Source of the DNA: a bacterium
GTDB taxonomy: Bacteria; Patescibacteriota; Patescibacteriia; UBA1558; UBA10009
Direction of reading: 5' to 3'
DNA: 64,000 bases
Assembly (NCBI GenBank): GCA_018672055.1
Contig: JABHGM010000001.1
Span: forward strand, 72,884 to 136,883
This document shows, piece by piece, positions 49,270-56,925 of this stretch. The position numbers and the translations under genes were made by a program. The notes under the pieces are model-generated. The model had not been told where the DNA came from and ran no database searches. It worked only from the letters and a program-made list of their open reading frames with translations. Position 1 is the first letter of the stretch; each line of letters starts with the position of its first letter.

Positions 49270-49300
49270 CTTTTTCTAACATTTTTACTAGTATATACCT
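49270..49300 (-). promoter_or_regulatory. Sigma70-like promoter TTGACC-N17-TATACT for the pyr cluster
   Basis: Read on the minus strand, downstream of a terminator hairpin. ~130-nt leader follows. Confidence 0.45.
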
Positions 49301-49329
49301 TTTAGAATAAGTGGTCAACAAAGAAAAAA

Positions 49330-49362
49330 GAGGTCTTTGTAAGTAAAAAACCTCCTATAATT
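49330..49362 (-). terminator. Terminator after the 49365..49922 gene
   Basis: GAGGT-tttttacttacaaag-ACCTC followed by TTTTTTCTTT on the minus strand. Confidence 0.5.
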
Positions 49363-49364
49363 AT

Positions 49365-49922
49365 TTATGCAACTAAAGATGCATTTTTATTTTTAACAAA
49401 TAAACCATAGATATAATCTCTATAACAATCATCGCTCCTCTCCTTTGGTGGCCTATAAATCAAAATATTGCTTTCATAAGGAAATACCCAGTTTGAACGA
49501 CTTTTTATACAAAAAACTACATAGTCAAGTATTTCAAAATCCTCTATAGCTTGATGAATCTGGCTTAAGAGTTCTATTTTATCATTAAAATATTCAATTT
49601 GTTTAACTTTAGAATGCCTACCTTCCGTTGAAGTCTTTATCCATGTATCACATGACATAGTAGTATTTTTCAAAAAACTGGTATTAAAGATTGACTCCTC
49701 AGCATAGTCAACAATAATATTCGTATACTCATGATGTTGGATTGGCATAATAGCCCATAGCCATGGAAAGTCCTTAATCATGTTATTATATGCTCTTATA
49801 CTCTTACGATCTGTATTCATCTCTGAACTCCGTTCTTTGAGCCCTCCGGGCTCTGATTTGAATGTACATTTGCACCAACTTAGTGCTTTTAGTGCTAAAA
49901 CCATATTTTCAGCATTATCCAT
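49365..49922 (-). CDS. Hypothetical protein (start uncertain; alternative M35 at 49820)
   Basis: 185-aa ORF. A GC-rich hairpin GAGCCCTCCGGGCTC (49839-49853) lies in the annotated N-terminal codons. Confidence 0.4.
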   Translation of the reverse strand: MDNAENMVLALKALSWCKCTFKSEPGGLKERSSEMNTDRKSIRAYNNMIKDFPWLWAIMPIQHHEYTNIIVDYAEESIFNTSFLKNTTMSCDTWIKTSTEGRHSKVKQIEYFNDKIELLSQIHQAIEDFEILDYVVFCIKSRSNWVFPYESNILIYRPPKERSDDCYRDYIYGLFVKNKNASLVA

Positions 49923-49964
49923 AATATACTATATATTATATTATTTATCAATTATGATCTTTAA

Positions 49965-49990
49965 TCAAAAAACTCCTCTTCTCGAGGAGC
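49965..49990 (-). terminator. Terminator after rnc
   Basis: CTCCTC-gagaa-GAGGAG plus TTTTTT on the minus strand. Confidence 0.5.
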
Positions 49991-50013
49991 TATTTTAATT
50001 ACTAATATAAACC

Positions 50014-50706
50014 TTATTCCCAACCTTTGGCTAATAAGCCTTCTTTAGCTGCATCCATTTGAGCTTCTTGCTTAGAAGTACCTTTACCTTCAGCAACTAT
50101 CTCATTTTTAATATATACACCCATTTTAAAATATTTATTATGGTCAGGGCCTGTTTCTTTTAAAACTCTGTAATTTGGCGTAACACTAAATATTTCTTGT
50201 GACTTTTCTTGAAATCTACTTTTTGGATCTAAGTATAGATTATTTTCTAAAATATTTGGTAATTTATCTAAAACGTTATTTGTAATAAACTCTTTAGCCA
50301 TATCATAACCTTGATCTAAATAAATAGCTCCAATAACCGCTTCCATAGCATTAGCTAGAATATAGTTACGAGCTTTAGGATTTACATCTTTAGCTTCACC
50401 TTTACTCATATAAAGATAATCTTCTATTTCTAAAGATTTAGCGATGTCTGCTAAAATTTTAGCATTTACTAAAGCTGCTCTCCAGTTAGTAAGCTCCCCT
50501 TCTGGATTTGGATAATTATTATATAAATAATCTGTTACTATAAGTTCCAAAACAGCGTCACCTAAAAATTCAAGTCTTTCGTTATGATCTAATTTAAAAC
50601 TTTTATGCTCATTTAAATATGATCTATGAACAACTGAAGACTTTAATAAATCTTGGTTCTTAAATTTAACTCCTAATATTTTTTCAAACTTTTTAAAAGT
50701 TTTCAT
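50014..50706 (-). CDS. rnc: Ribonuclease III
   Basis: ERLEFLGDAVLELIVTDYLY catalytic signature. C-terminal dsRBD (KGTSKQEAQMDAAKEGL). Confidence 0.9.
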   Translation of the reverse strand: MKTFKKFEKILGVKFKNQDLLKSSVVHRSYLNEHKSFKLDHNERLEFLGDAVLELIVTDYLYNNYPNPEGELTNWRAALVNAKILADIAKSLEIEDYLYMSKGEAKDVNPKARNYILANAMEAVIGAIYLDQGYDMAKEFITNNVLDKLPNILENNLYLDPKSRFQEKSQEIFSVTPNYRVLKETGPDHNKYFKMGVYIKNEIVAEGKGTSKQEAQMDAAKEGLLAKGWE

Positions 50707-50707
50707 C

Positions 50708-51571
50708 TTATTTAAGTTTTAATATTTCTAAAGCTTTAACAAATATTTCTTTAGCATTCTCGTAACCTATTGTTTCAAGTAATTGTTCCATATCTAACCA
50801 CTTAACATCTTGAACTCCTGGCTCATCAGGTATCTTTAAATCTATATCTGTTGTTTCGAATAGATAATAATGAACTGTTTTAGGTACAGCTCTTTTATTA
50901 GGTTCATTTACTTTAATATCAATACTGCCTAAATATCCTTTATTATCTAATTTTTTAACGCCTACTTCTTCGCTTACCTCACGAACAGCTGCTTTTTCTT
51001 GATCTTCATTTTCTTCAATATGTCCTTTAGGAAAAGTCCATTTATCATAGGCATCATAAATCATTACAAACTTATAATCATCACCTTCTTTTCTATAGAC
51101 TACGCCACCAGCACTATATTCACGAACTGGCTCTTTTTCTAATTCTTTCTTCTCGCCTTTTTCTTGCATATCTTTGTAAATGCTACCAAGCACTCCATTA
51201 ATAAACTTCCCAGCAGAAATACCACTATATGTTTTAGCAAGTTCAATTGATTCATTAATTGCTACTTTAGGCGGAATATCTTGAGCGTATTTTAACTCAT
51301 AGATACCTATTCTTAAAACATTTCTATCAACTGGAGTTATTTGATCTAAGGGCCATTCAGGAGCATATTTTATAATAAGAGCATCAATATCTTTAATTTT
51401 ACTTATTAATTCTTCAACTAAGTGATCAGCAAATCCCTGATCATCAAAATCAGGAGCAAATTCACTCTTATTAAATTCTAAAAGTTTTTTTAAATTCTCT
51501 TTTTGTTGGTTAAAATCCCATTGAAAGAGACTTTGTAGAACTAAAGTTCTAGCTAGATGTCTATTGGACAT
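50708..51571 (-). CDS. nusB: NusB antitermination factor fused to a C-terminal Nudix hydrolase
   Basis: aa 1-135 NusB-like (LARTLVLQSLFQWDF ... DRNVLRIGIYEL ... AINESIELAKTYSGISAGKFINGVLG). aa ~150-287 Nudix with intact box GHIEENEDQEKAAVREVSEEVGV. Confidence 0.8.
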   Translation of the reverse strand: MSNRHLARTLVLQSLFQWDFNQQKENLKKLLEFNKSEFAPDFDDQGFADHLVEELISKIKDIDALIIKYAPEWPLDQITPVDRNVLRIGIYELKYAQDIPPKVAINESIELAKTYSGISAGKFINGVLGSIYKDMQEKGEKKELEKEPVREYSAGGVVYRKEGDDYKFVMIYDAYDKWTFPKGHIEENEDQEKAAVREVSEEVGVKKLDNKGYLGSIDIKVNEPNKRAVPKTVHYYLFETTDIDLKIPDEPGVQDVKWLDMEQLLETIGYENAKEIFVKALEILKLK

Positions 51572-51573
51572 AT

Positions 51574-51774
51574 TTATTTTTTATTTTTATCTAATTTAGT
51601 TTTTTTCTTAACAACTTCTTTACCTTTGTAAAAACCACAATTATCACAAACCATATGTGGCATAACTGGTTTTTCACAATTACTACATTTCATATGATTA
51701 GCTTTATTTAAAGCAAAATGAGAAGCTCTTCTCTTTTTAGATGCTTTAGTTCTTTTCTGTGTAGGTGTTCCCAT
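51574..51774 (-). CDS. rpmF: 50S ribosomal protein L32
   Basis: MGTPTQKRTKASKKRRASH N-terminus and CxxC...CxxC zinc ribbon (CSNCEK...CDNCGFYKG). Confidence 0.8.
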   Translation of the reverse strand: MGTPTQKRTKASKKRRASHFALNKANHMKCSNCEKPVMPHMVCDNCGFYKGKEVVKKKTKLDKNKK

Positions 51775-51807
51775 ACTTTTTATTTATTATTGATTAATTT
51801 AAGCTCT

Positions 51808-51836
51808 ATCTTACACAATTACTTATTATATGTCAA
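51808..51836 (-). promoter_or_regulatory. Sigma70-like promoter TTGACA-N17-TAAGAT for the rpmF-nusB/nudix-rnc operon
   Basis: Read on the minus strand ~30 nt upstream of rpmF. Confidence 0.45.
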
Positions 51837-51900
51837 ATATTTAGTATTTATCTATTTAGCTAATATTAGCCAAATATTTCTATATTATCGACCCTATCTC

Positions 51901-51928
51901 TTGACAAATATCTAGCATCTGATATACT
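51901..51928 (+). promoter_or_regulatory. Sigma70-like promoter TTGACA-N16-TATACT for the candidate ncRNA
   Basis: Consensus hexamers. No protein-coding ORF downstream on the plus strand. Confidence 0.5.
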
Positions 51929-51935
51929 GGAATAT

Positions 51936-52085
51936 CCCTTAACTGATCTAAGTTTGCTTCTGCGTCCACGACAAGCATGGGGATTATTGCTAGCGCCACT
52001 TATCTGGCTTACGAGTTTACTTGTTTGCTTGATCGGTGCTTACAATAATTTTCTTGGACGCAGTAATAAGCTTAGGTCTTTTTTG
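51936..52085 (+). ncRNA. Candidate ~150-nt structured small RNA (long irregular hairpin; 6S-like or unknown class)
   Basis: Locally GC-enriched. ~23-bp closing helix AUCUAAGUUUGCUUCUGCGUCCA / UGGACGCAGUAAUAAGCUUAGGU, internal helices (CAAGCA/UGCUUG, GCCA/UGGC), 3' U-run. No SRP, tmRNA or RNase P motifs recognised. Confidence 0.35.
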
Positions 52086-53930
52086 TTACTCTAAAATTTC
52101 ATCAGTTGAAGTAGATAATTCTTCAACACCAATTAAACATCTAGCCGGCCAAGCCACATAATGGGAACTAAAACGTTCTTCCTGAATATTACCATCTGGA
52201 TAAGTTACTTTGTAATCAAAGTAGGCATCTGCTCCATTATGAGCACTTTCTGTACAATTAGTTTTCCCTACTTCAAGTTCAGTAGTTTCAATATACTGAA
52301 TAGGTCCAGGTGAGGTAATATTATATATTGTAGGATCAGTTCTTTCAGATACTCTACCATCAGTCGTTCCCCAAAAATCAAAATATAAATCATCACCTTC
52401 AATACGATACTGAATTAAAACATTATTCTCAGTATCGTTTTTAAATTTAAAATCAGGATAAGGATCATAAATAGTAGCATCAGTACCAGCTGGTTCATAG
52501 TATGAAACTCTATATGAATGATTACGTCTAGCAGTAACGGGTAAACCAGAACCTAAAACTGCTCTAAAAACTGTAGTTCCAATCTGGCATAAACCACCAC
52601 CGTATTCTGGAATTGTCTTATTACCTTTAATAACTAATTCTTGTAAATAACCAGTAGCTCCATTTATATCCCCTAAGGCATCAATTAAAGAAAATTCTTC
52701 ACCTGGTGATATTAATAATCCAGAGATACTCTCAGCACCTATCCGTATATTATGTCTCCTATTTCTAGGACTACCTGAAAAATTAGAATGACCAGTACCT
52801 ATTATTTCAGTAATACCCATATCATTAACTTCACCAGTTTCAATTTTAGCTTTAGTTTCAATTACTACAAGATCAATTTCTGATATTTTATTTATTAAAA
52901 AATCTTCTTCTATTTTCTCTAAGCTTCTTAAATTATCTAACTCCAAACCATCTTGACTACCTACAAATTCAACTACCCTGCCATCAACTATTTCAAATTT
53001 AGCATCAAGTGTTGGTTGATATATATTAGGTGCTACATAGGTATCTAAATAATTAAAAGTAGAAGATGCTTTAAAACCATAACCTATTTTATCATCATGC
53101 TTTTTAAAGATTAACCAATCTTTAAAAATAGAATTAGTAATAGCCCAATTATCATCATTATATACAAGCATAAAAGTAGAAGTAGCGATTATTTCTTCCA
53201 AGCCATTTAGTACTTCTTGATTAATATCATTTTCTAAAATTAAGGGTTCATCAATTGCTAAACTTAGATTAATTGTATCTAAACTTAGATTATTAATTCT
53301 TTCAATAGTGCTTGTTAAAATTAAATCATAATCAAAAGTAGTACCTGCTTGTTCAGGTAAAATAGATATTTCAAAAATATCATTTATAACTGGTCTTGCT
53401 TCTTTTTTAGGTTTAGAAAATTGTTTAAAATTATCTTCTAATATATTAAGAAGTTCTTCCTTATTTAATTCATAATTAAGAGAAATATTTTTACCAAAAG
53501 TAAGAGCCCACATTTGTTTAAAGAAGTTAAGATGATAGCCTTCTTCTCTGCCTATTAAATATGCTTCATTTATAGTATCTTCAATATTAAAATTAATTAA
53601 ACTATACGAAGCATCAGGATCAGAAGTAGCAGGTAATGTTGGATAAATAACTATTTCCTGATCTTGATAGTTATATACTAAACCTTGTTTTAAAAACTCA
53701 TCAACTTGTTTTTGAAACTTAGTAATAGCTACTTGTTTATTTAAACCTTTTAATTCTTGATTATTAATAGTAACTCCTTTAAAAAAAGTAAATGAATGTG
53801 CTTTATTATATGTTAAAGCAAACATAATAACTAAAGTAGCTGTAATTAAAAAAATGGTTGCTATATAAAGGAACCATTTCATAATTTGAAAGCCTAGTTT
53901 ATTATTTTCACTTTTTAATATTTTCTGCAT
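52086..53930 (-). CDS. VanW-domain protein (N-terminal TM anchor)
   Basis: GGGLCQIGTTVFRAVLGSGLPVTARRNHSYRVSYY VanW signature. N-terminal hydrophobic anchor. Confidence 0.7.
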   Translation of the reverse strand: MQKILKSENNKLGFQIMKWFLYIATIFLITATLVIMFALTYNKAHSFTFFKGVTINNQELKGLNKQVAITKFQKQVDEFLKQGLVYNYQDQEIVIYPTLPATSDPDASYSLINFNIEDTINEAYLIGREEGYHLNFFKQMWALTFGKNISLNYELNKEELLNILEDNFKQFSKPKKEARPVINDIFEISILPEQAGTTFDYDLILTSTIERINNLSLDTINLSLAIDEPLILENDINQEVLNGLEEIIATSTFMLVYNDDNWAITNSIFKDWLIFKKHDDKIGYGFKASSTFNYLDTYVAPNIYQPTLDAKFEIVDGRVVEFVGSQDGLELDNLRSLEKIEEDFLINKISEIDLVVIETKAKIETGEVNDMGITEIIGTGHSNFSGSPRNRRHNIRIGAESISGLLISPGEEFSLIDALGDINGATGYLQELVIKGNKTIPEYGGGLCQIGTTVFRAVLGSGLPVTARRNHSYRVSYYEPAGTDATIYDPYPDFKFKNDTENNVLIQYRIEGDDLYFDFWGTTDGRVSERTDPTIYNITSPGPIQYIETTELEVGKTNCTESAHNGADAYFDYKVTYPDGNIQEERFSSHYVAWPARCLIGVEELSTSTDEILE

Positions 53931-54147
53931 TTAAAATATTATTTAACATTATTCTAGCCATTTCTTCTTTATCAGCTAACTCATTATTATTAGTTGATAA
54001 AGTAATTCTAACTCTAGTATTTACTGTAACTTCTTCACTTAAATTTTTAATGGGCCAAAGAACATGACTCTTATCATCTAATGATATATCTGCGTGTTTA
54101 TCTTGAAATCCTTCTATCACGCCCTTAACAGTAGATGAGCTTTCCAT
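53908..54147 (-). CDS. Small hypothetical protein co-transcribed with hsp20
   Basis: 79-aa ORF between hsp20 and the VanW-like gene. Overlaps the VanW start by 23 nt. Confidence 0.35.
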   Translation of the reverse strand: MESSSTVKGVIEGFQDKHADISLDDKSHVLWPIKNLSEEVTVNTRVRITLSTNNNELADKEEMARIMLNNILNAENIKK

Positions 54148-54148
54148 A

Positions 54149-54634
54149 TTATTTATCTTCTTTAACTTTTATAGATACAGATTTAGCTTTAACATTTGTA
54201 ACCTTTGGTAAAGTAACAGTTAAAACGCCATTTTTTAAAGCAGCGTCTACTCTATCAGCTTTAATTTCAACAGGTAAAATAATTGATCTAGAAAAACCAC
54301 CCCAATAGCATTCTTGATAGAAATAATCGTCTTCATTAACCTGATGCTCAAACTCTCTTCTACCACGTATAGTAACCATATCGTTATTTATAGCAATATC
54401 AATATCTTCTGGTTTTACCCCAGCAATAGTAGATTTAATAACAATAGCTTCATCTGTTTGAAAAACATCAACACTAAGCTGACCTTCTTCATAATTATCA
54501 TCCATCCATGATTCATCTTCAGCATCACCTGATGTAGTAACTTCTGTTTCTTTATTACTATCACTTGTTAAAAAGAAATCTTCTTCTTCGCTTTGATTCT
54601 TTTTTTTAGACTTACCTTTAGTAAAAATCTTCAT
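54149..54634 (-). CDS. Small heat-shock protein (Hsp20/alpha-crystallin family)
   Basis: Alpha-crystallin domain (VDVFQTDEAIVIKSTIAGVKPEDIDIAI...GVLTVTLPK). Confidence 0.85.
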   Translation of the reverse strand: MKIFTKGKSKKKNQSEEEDFFLTSDSNKETEVTTSGDAEDESWMDDNYEEGQLSVDVFQTDEAIVIKSTIAGVKPEDIDIAINNDMVTIRGRREFEHQVNEDDYFYQECYWGGFSRSIILPVEIKADRVDAALKNGVLTVTLPKVTNVKAKSVSIKVKEDK

Positions 54635-54657
54635 ATTTATATATATTTAATGCATTA

Positions 54658-54688
54658 ATTATACAAGATTTTAGAGTAATAGTAAATA
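54658..54688 (-). promoter_or_regulatory. Promoter for hsp20 (TTTACT-N17-TgTATAAT extended -10)
   Basis: Read on the minus strand ~25 nt upstream of the hsp20 ATG. Confidence 0.4.
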
Positions 54689-54714
54689 AATAGCTGTGGA
54701 TTATATATATTAAT

Positions 54715-54742
54715 AAAAGCAGTACCGAAGTACTGCTTTTTA
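54715..54742. terminator. UUCG-tetraloop hairpin terminator (bidirectional)
   Basis: GCAGTAC-CGAA-GTACTGC, a perfect 7-bp stem; on the minus strand the loop reads UUCG. Flanked by A5 and T5 runs. Confidence 0.6.
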
Positions 54743-54862
54743 TTGGGATGAGATTACATATCAACAATAAATTTTCAACCAAAATTTAATAATAATGACC
54801 GTTATTTATTCTTATGTATCTTTATGTGCAGTATGACTAATTAATAGCCATATTAATATTAG

Positions 54863-55006
54863 CTAAGTGAATCCACTATTTGCAATACACCATGTTGTGT
54901 GTAGTGTCCGCGGGATGCAACGCTGTTTACAAATACCGAGTTTTTCCAGTCGTGAATTCAACTTAACAAGGATATATGTGTATGGATAAATTAAATTATC
55001 ATTCAT
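54863..55006 (-). CDS. Small stand-alone ORF (47 aa) with perfect Shine-Dalgarno; hypothetical Cys-containing peptide
   Basis: Not in the ORF track (<60 aa). Minus strand: AGGAGG-N7-ATG. Translation MNDNLIYPYTYILVKLNSRLEKLGICKQRCIPRTLHTTWCIANSGFT, stop TAG. Own promoter (55039-55067) and the UUCG terminator downstream. Confidence 0.45.
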   Translation of the reverse strand: MNDNLIYPYTYILVKLNSRLEKLGICKQRCIPRTLHTTWCIANSGFT

Positions 55007-55038
55007 ACTTTTTCCTCCTAAAGTTAAATTGCTTAACT

Positions 55039-55067
55039 AATATATACCTATGTTATAAATAAGTCAA
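55039..55067 (-). promoter_or_regulatory. Sigma70-like promoter TTGACT-N17-TATATT for the 47-aa ORF
   Basis: Read on the minus strand between the upstream gene terminator and the SD. Confidence 0.45.
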
Positions 55068-55073
55068 GAAATG

Positions 55074-55111
55074 AAATAAAAAAGGCATAATCTATATTTA
55101 AGAAAATGCCT
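55074..55111 (-). terminator. Terminator after the 55142..55834 gene
   Basis: AGGCAT-tttcttaaatatagattATGCCT plus T-run on the minus strand. Confidence 0.5.
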
Positions 55112-55141
55112 TATTAATAAAGCCTAGATAGCTTCAATTTT

Positions 55142-55834
55142 TTATTGTGTCATCATTTCTGCTCCACCAAGCAATACTTCTTTAAGTGCTTCACTTTCAT
55201 CTTTTTTATCAGAGACAATAATGTCAACCTTAGAATATTGCTCTCTAACAATCAAATAAAAACTATCACCATCTAATACAGCGCTCTGTAATTTCAAAGC
55301 AAATTCAATATGATGTTTCCAAAGTTTATTAAAAGCATCTCTATCAATAAACCAAAATTCCTTTTCACTATTCATTAATCTTTTATATGCTTCAATCACT
55401 TCTGGATGCAATTCATCAGGCCCAACTTTTTTGTTCCTAGTCACCCATGTTTCGTGTGTTGCTATCGGATGAATGAAATCAAAACCTGAATGCGTTTCCT
55501 CATGGTAATAATCAGGATCAAATCTGGTATTATCTAATGCAAGTGAAATAATAGAAAAAGTAAAATAAGTTTTTTTAATTAATTCTCCATTTTCTATCAC
55601 ATTTTCGCGAAACATTTTACAACTATTGAATCCTTGGCAGGTCAATAAACAAAAACTAGGTAATTCGTCTGGAAAAGTAACTTTTCCATATATACGATTA
55701 TCTATAACCACTGGTAAGTTATCTCCTTTTTCTATACCAACTGATTTAGCAGTCTCGCCATGCAAAGAACATTGTGAAAAAAATCTAGTTTTAAATTTGT
55801 CTCTACTACAAATTGATATAATTTTAGATTCCAC
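55142..55834 (-). CDS. Hypothetical cytoplasmic protein (GTG start, strong SD AAGGAG)
   Basis: 230-aa ORF with several Cys/His near the N-terminus. Preceded by two perfect palindromes. Confidence 0.45.
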   Translation of the reverse strand: MESKIISICSRDKFKTRFFSQCSLHGETAKSVGIEKGDNLPVVIDNRIYGKVTFPDELPSFCLLTCQGFNSCKMFRENVIENGELIKKTYFTFSIISLALDNTRFDPDYYHEETHSGFDFIHPIATHETWVTRNKKVGPDELHPEVIEAYKRLMNSEKEFWFIDRDAFNKLWKHHIEFALKLQSAVLDGDSFYLIVREQYSKVDIIVSDKKDESEALKEVLLGGAEMMTQ

Positions 55835-55878
55835 TTTAAATCTCCTTATTTATTTTCAAGTTACTATTGCTTTTTTAA

Positions 55879-55929
55879 CACTATATAGTGTATAAGTCAA
55901 GAACTTAAAGGTAATACCTTTAAGTTCTT
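55879..55929. promoter_or_regulatory. Two adjacent perfect palindromes (12-bp CACTATATAGTG; 13-bp IR AAGAACTTAAAGG-taata-CCTTTAAGTTCTT), putative operator/terminator
   Basis: Direct inspection. The IR right arm overlaps a TTGACT -35-like hexamer for the 55142..55834 gene. The IR is followed by a T-run on the plus strand. Confidence 0.4.
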
Positions 55930-55953
55930 TTATCTTAAATTTATTTTTATCTA

Positions 55954-56676
55954 TTACTGTCCGAGTATAATTAAGACTTCTGCTTCACTTTCTAATTCAC
56001 CTTCTGGAAAACCTTCAACTAATTCCAAGCCTAATGTTTGAGCAAAAACAGCTATTGCATCTTGCTTCTCACCTTCTGTTAAATCATAAATTACAGTTGT
56101 AGCATAATCTTTTTTATTAGCATCACCTACATTAACAACTTCAAATAATTCAACAGCTCTAATTTGATCAGCTAGAATACCTGCTTGACCAGCAACTGTT
56201 GTACCATTTCTAATATCAAAAGTAAGAGATACGTCTGATAAAGGTTCTGCTGCTTCTTCAGTTTGAACAGCGCCTACTTTTATTATCATATCTGTACTTG
56301 GTCTGTAAATTATAGCTTGATCAGAATAAACAATTAATTGATCATCATTATTAGCTAAAGCAAAAAATGGTTGCTGTTGTTTTAAAGTTTCTACATCTTC
56401 AATAACTATTATATTAGATTCACCATCTGGTAAGACCATATGCTTAGATAACATGCTTAAAACATCAATAGGAGCATCTGATAGCTGATCTTCAGCTATA
56501 TTCTCGTCTGTATTTTGCGTATTTAAATAAGAAAGTCCATAAACTATAGCTGCGACTACAATAATAGCTATAACTATTGCTATAATCCAGCCTGTTATAC
56601 CCTTCTCTTTTCCATTATTTTCAGTCTTTTTTATTTTTATTATTGGTTTTTTTTCATCTGATTTTGATTGTTGCAT
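55954..56676 (-). CDS. LytR_C-domain membrane-anchored protein
   Basis: N-terminal TM (GWIIAIVIAIIVVAAIVYGL). C-terminal LytR_C-like VSLTFDIRNGTTVAGQAGILADQIRAVELFEVVNVGDANKKDYATTVIY. Confidence 0.55.
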   Translation of the reverse strand: MQQSKSDEKKPIIKIKKTENNGKEKGITGWIIAIVIAIIVVAAIVYGLSYLNTQNTDENIAEDQLSDAPIDVLSMLSKHMVLPDGESNIIVIEDVETLKQQQPFFALANNDDQLIVYSDQAIIYRPSTDMIIKVGAVQTEEAAEPLSDVSLTFDIRNGTTVAGQAGILADQIRAVELFEVVNVGDANKKDYATTVIYDLTEGEKQDAIAVFAQTLGLELVEGFPEGELESEAEVLIILGQ

Positions 56677-56728
56677 ATATTTATTTAAATATTTAGTGAA
56701 TATATCTTAACATAATCAAATTATGAGT

Positions 56729-56765
56729 CAAATAAAAAACATCATATATATTATATGGTGTTTTT
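56729..56765. terminator. Terminator after tRNA-Glu
   Basis: AACATCATATA-tat-TATATGGTGTT hairpin (one G·U) with T-runs on both strands. Confidence 0.5.
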
Positions 56766-56766
56766 A

Positions 56767-56841
56767 TGGTACCGCCACGGGGAATCGAACCCCGGTCTCC
56801 AGGATGAAAACCTGGTGTCCTAACCACTAGACGATGGCGGC
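56767..56841 (-). tRNA. tRNA-Glu (anticodon TTC), CCA encoded
   Basis: Manual fold of the reverse complement: acceptor GCCGCCA/TGGCGGT, D stem GTCT/GGAC with GG in loop, anticodon stem CCAGG/CCTGG with loop TTTTCAT, T-loop GGTTCGATTCC, 3' ACCA. Confidence 0.8.
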
Positions 56842-56854
56842 GTAACAATTGATA

Positions 56855-56882
56855 ATTATACGGATTTTTTAATAAAAGTCAA
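56855..56882 (-). promoter_or_regulatory. Sigma70 promoter TTGACT-N16-TATAAT for tRNA-Glu
   Basis: Consensus hexamers 13 nt upstream of the tRNA 5' end, read on the minus strand. Confidence 0.55.
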
Positions 56883-56925
56883 GACTCTTTTATTAATATC
56901 AAAAAGTGCTACAATAGTAACTAAT

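Noticed and set aside
49839-49853. GC-rich hairpin GAGCCCTCCGGGCTC as a possible terminator or sequestered SD.
   Set aside because: No flanking U-run on either strand. It lies inside the annotated 5' coding region of the 49365..49922 ORF, whose true start (M1 vs M35) cannot be resolved from sequence alone.
49880-49898. CIRCE-like heat-shock operator (TTAGTGCTTTTAGTGCTAA).
   Set aside because: The two AGTGCT halves are direct, not inverted, so the CIRCE consensus TTAGCACTC-N9-GAGTGCTAA is not met. No hrcA or groE context.
51936-52085. SRP RNA, tmRNA or RNase P RNA identity for the structured RNA candidate.
   Set aside because: No GGAA/AGCAG domain IV motifs (SRP), no tRNA-like T-arm (tmRNA), and too short for RNase P. 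Left as an unclassified or 6S-like candidate.
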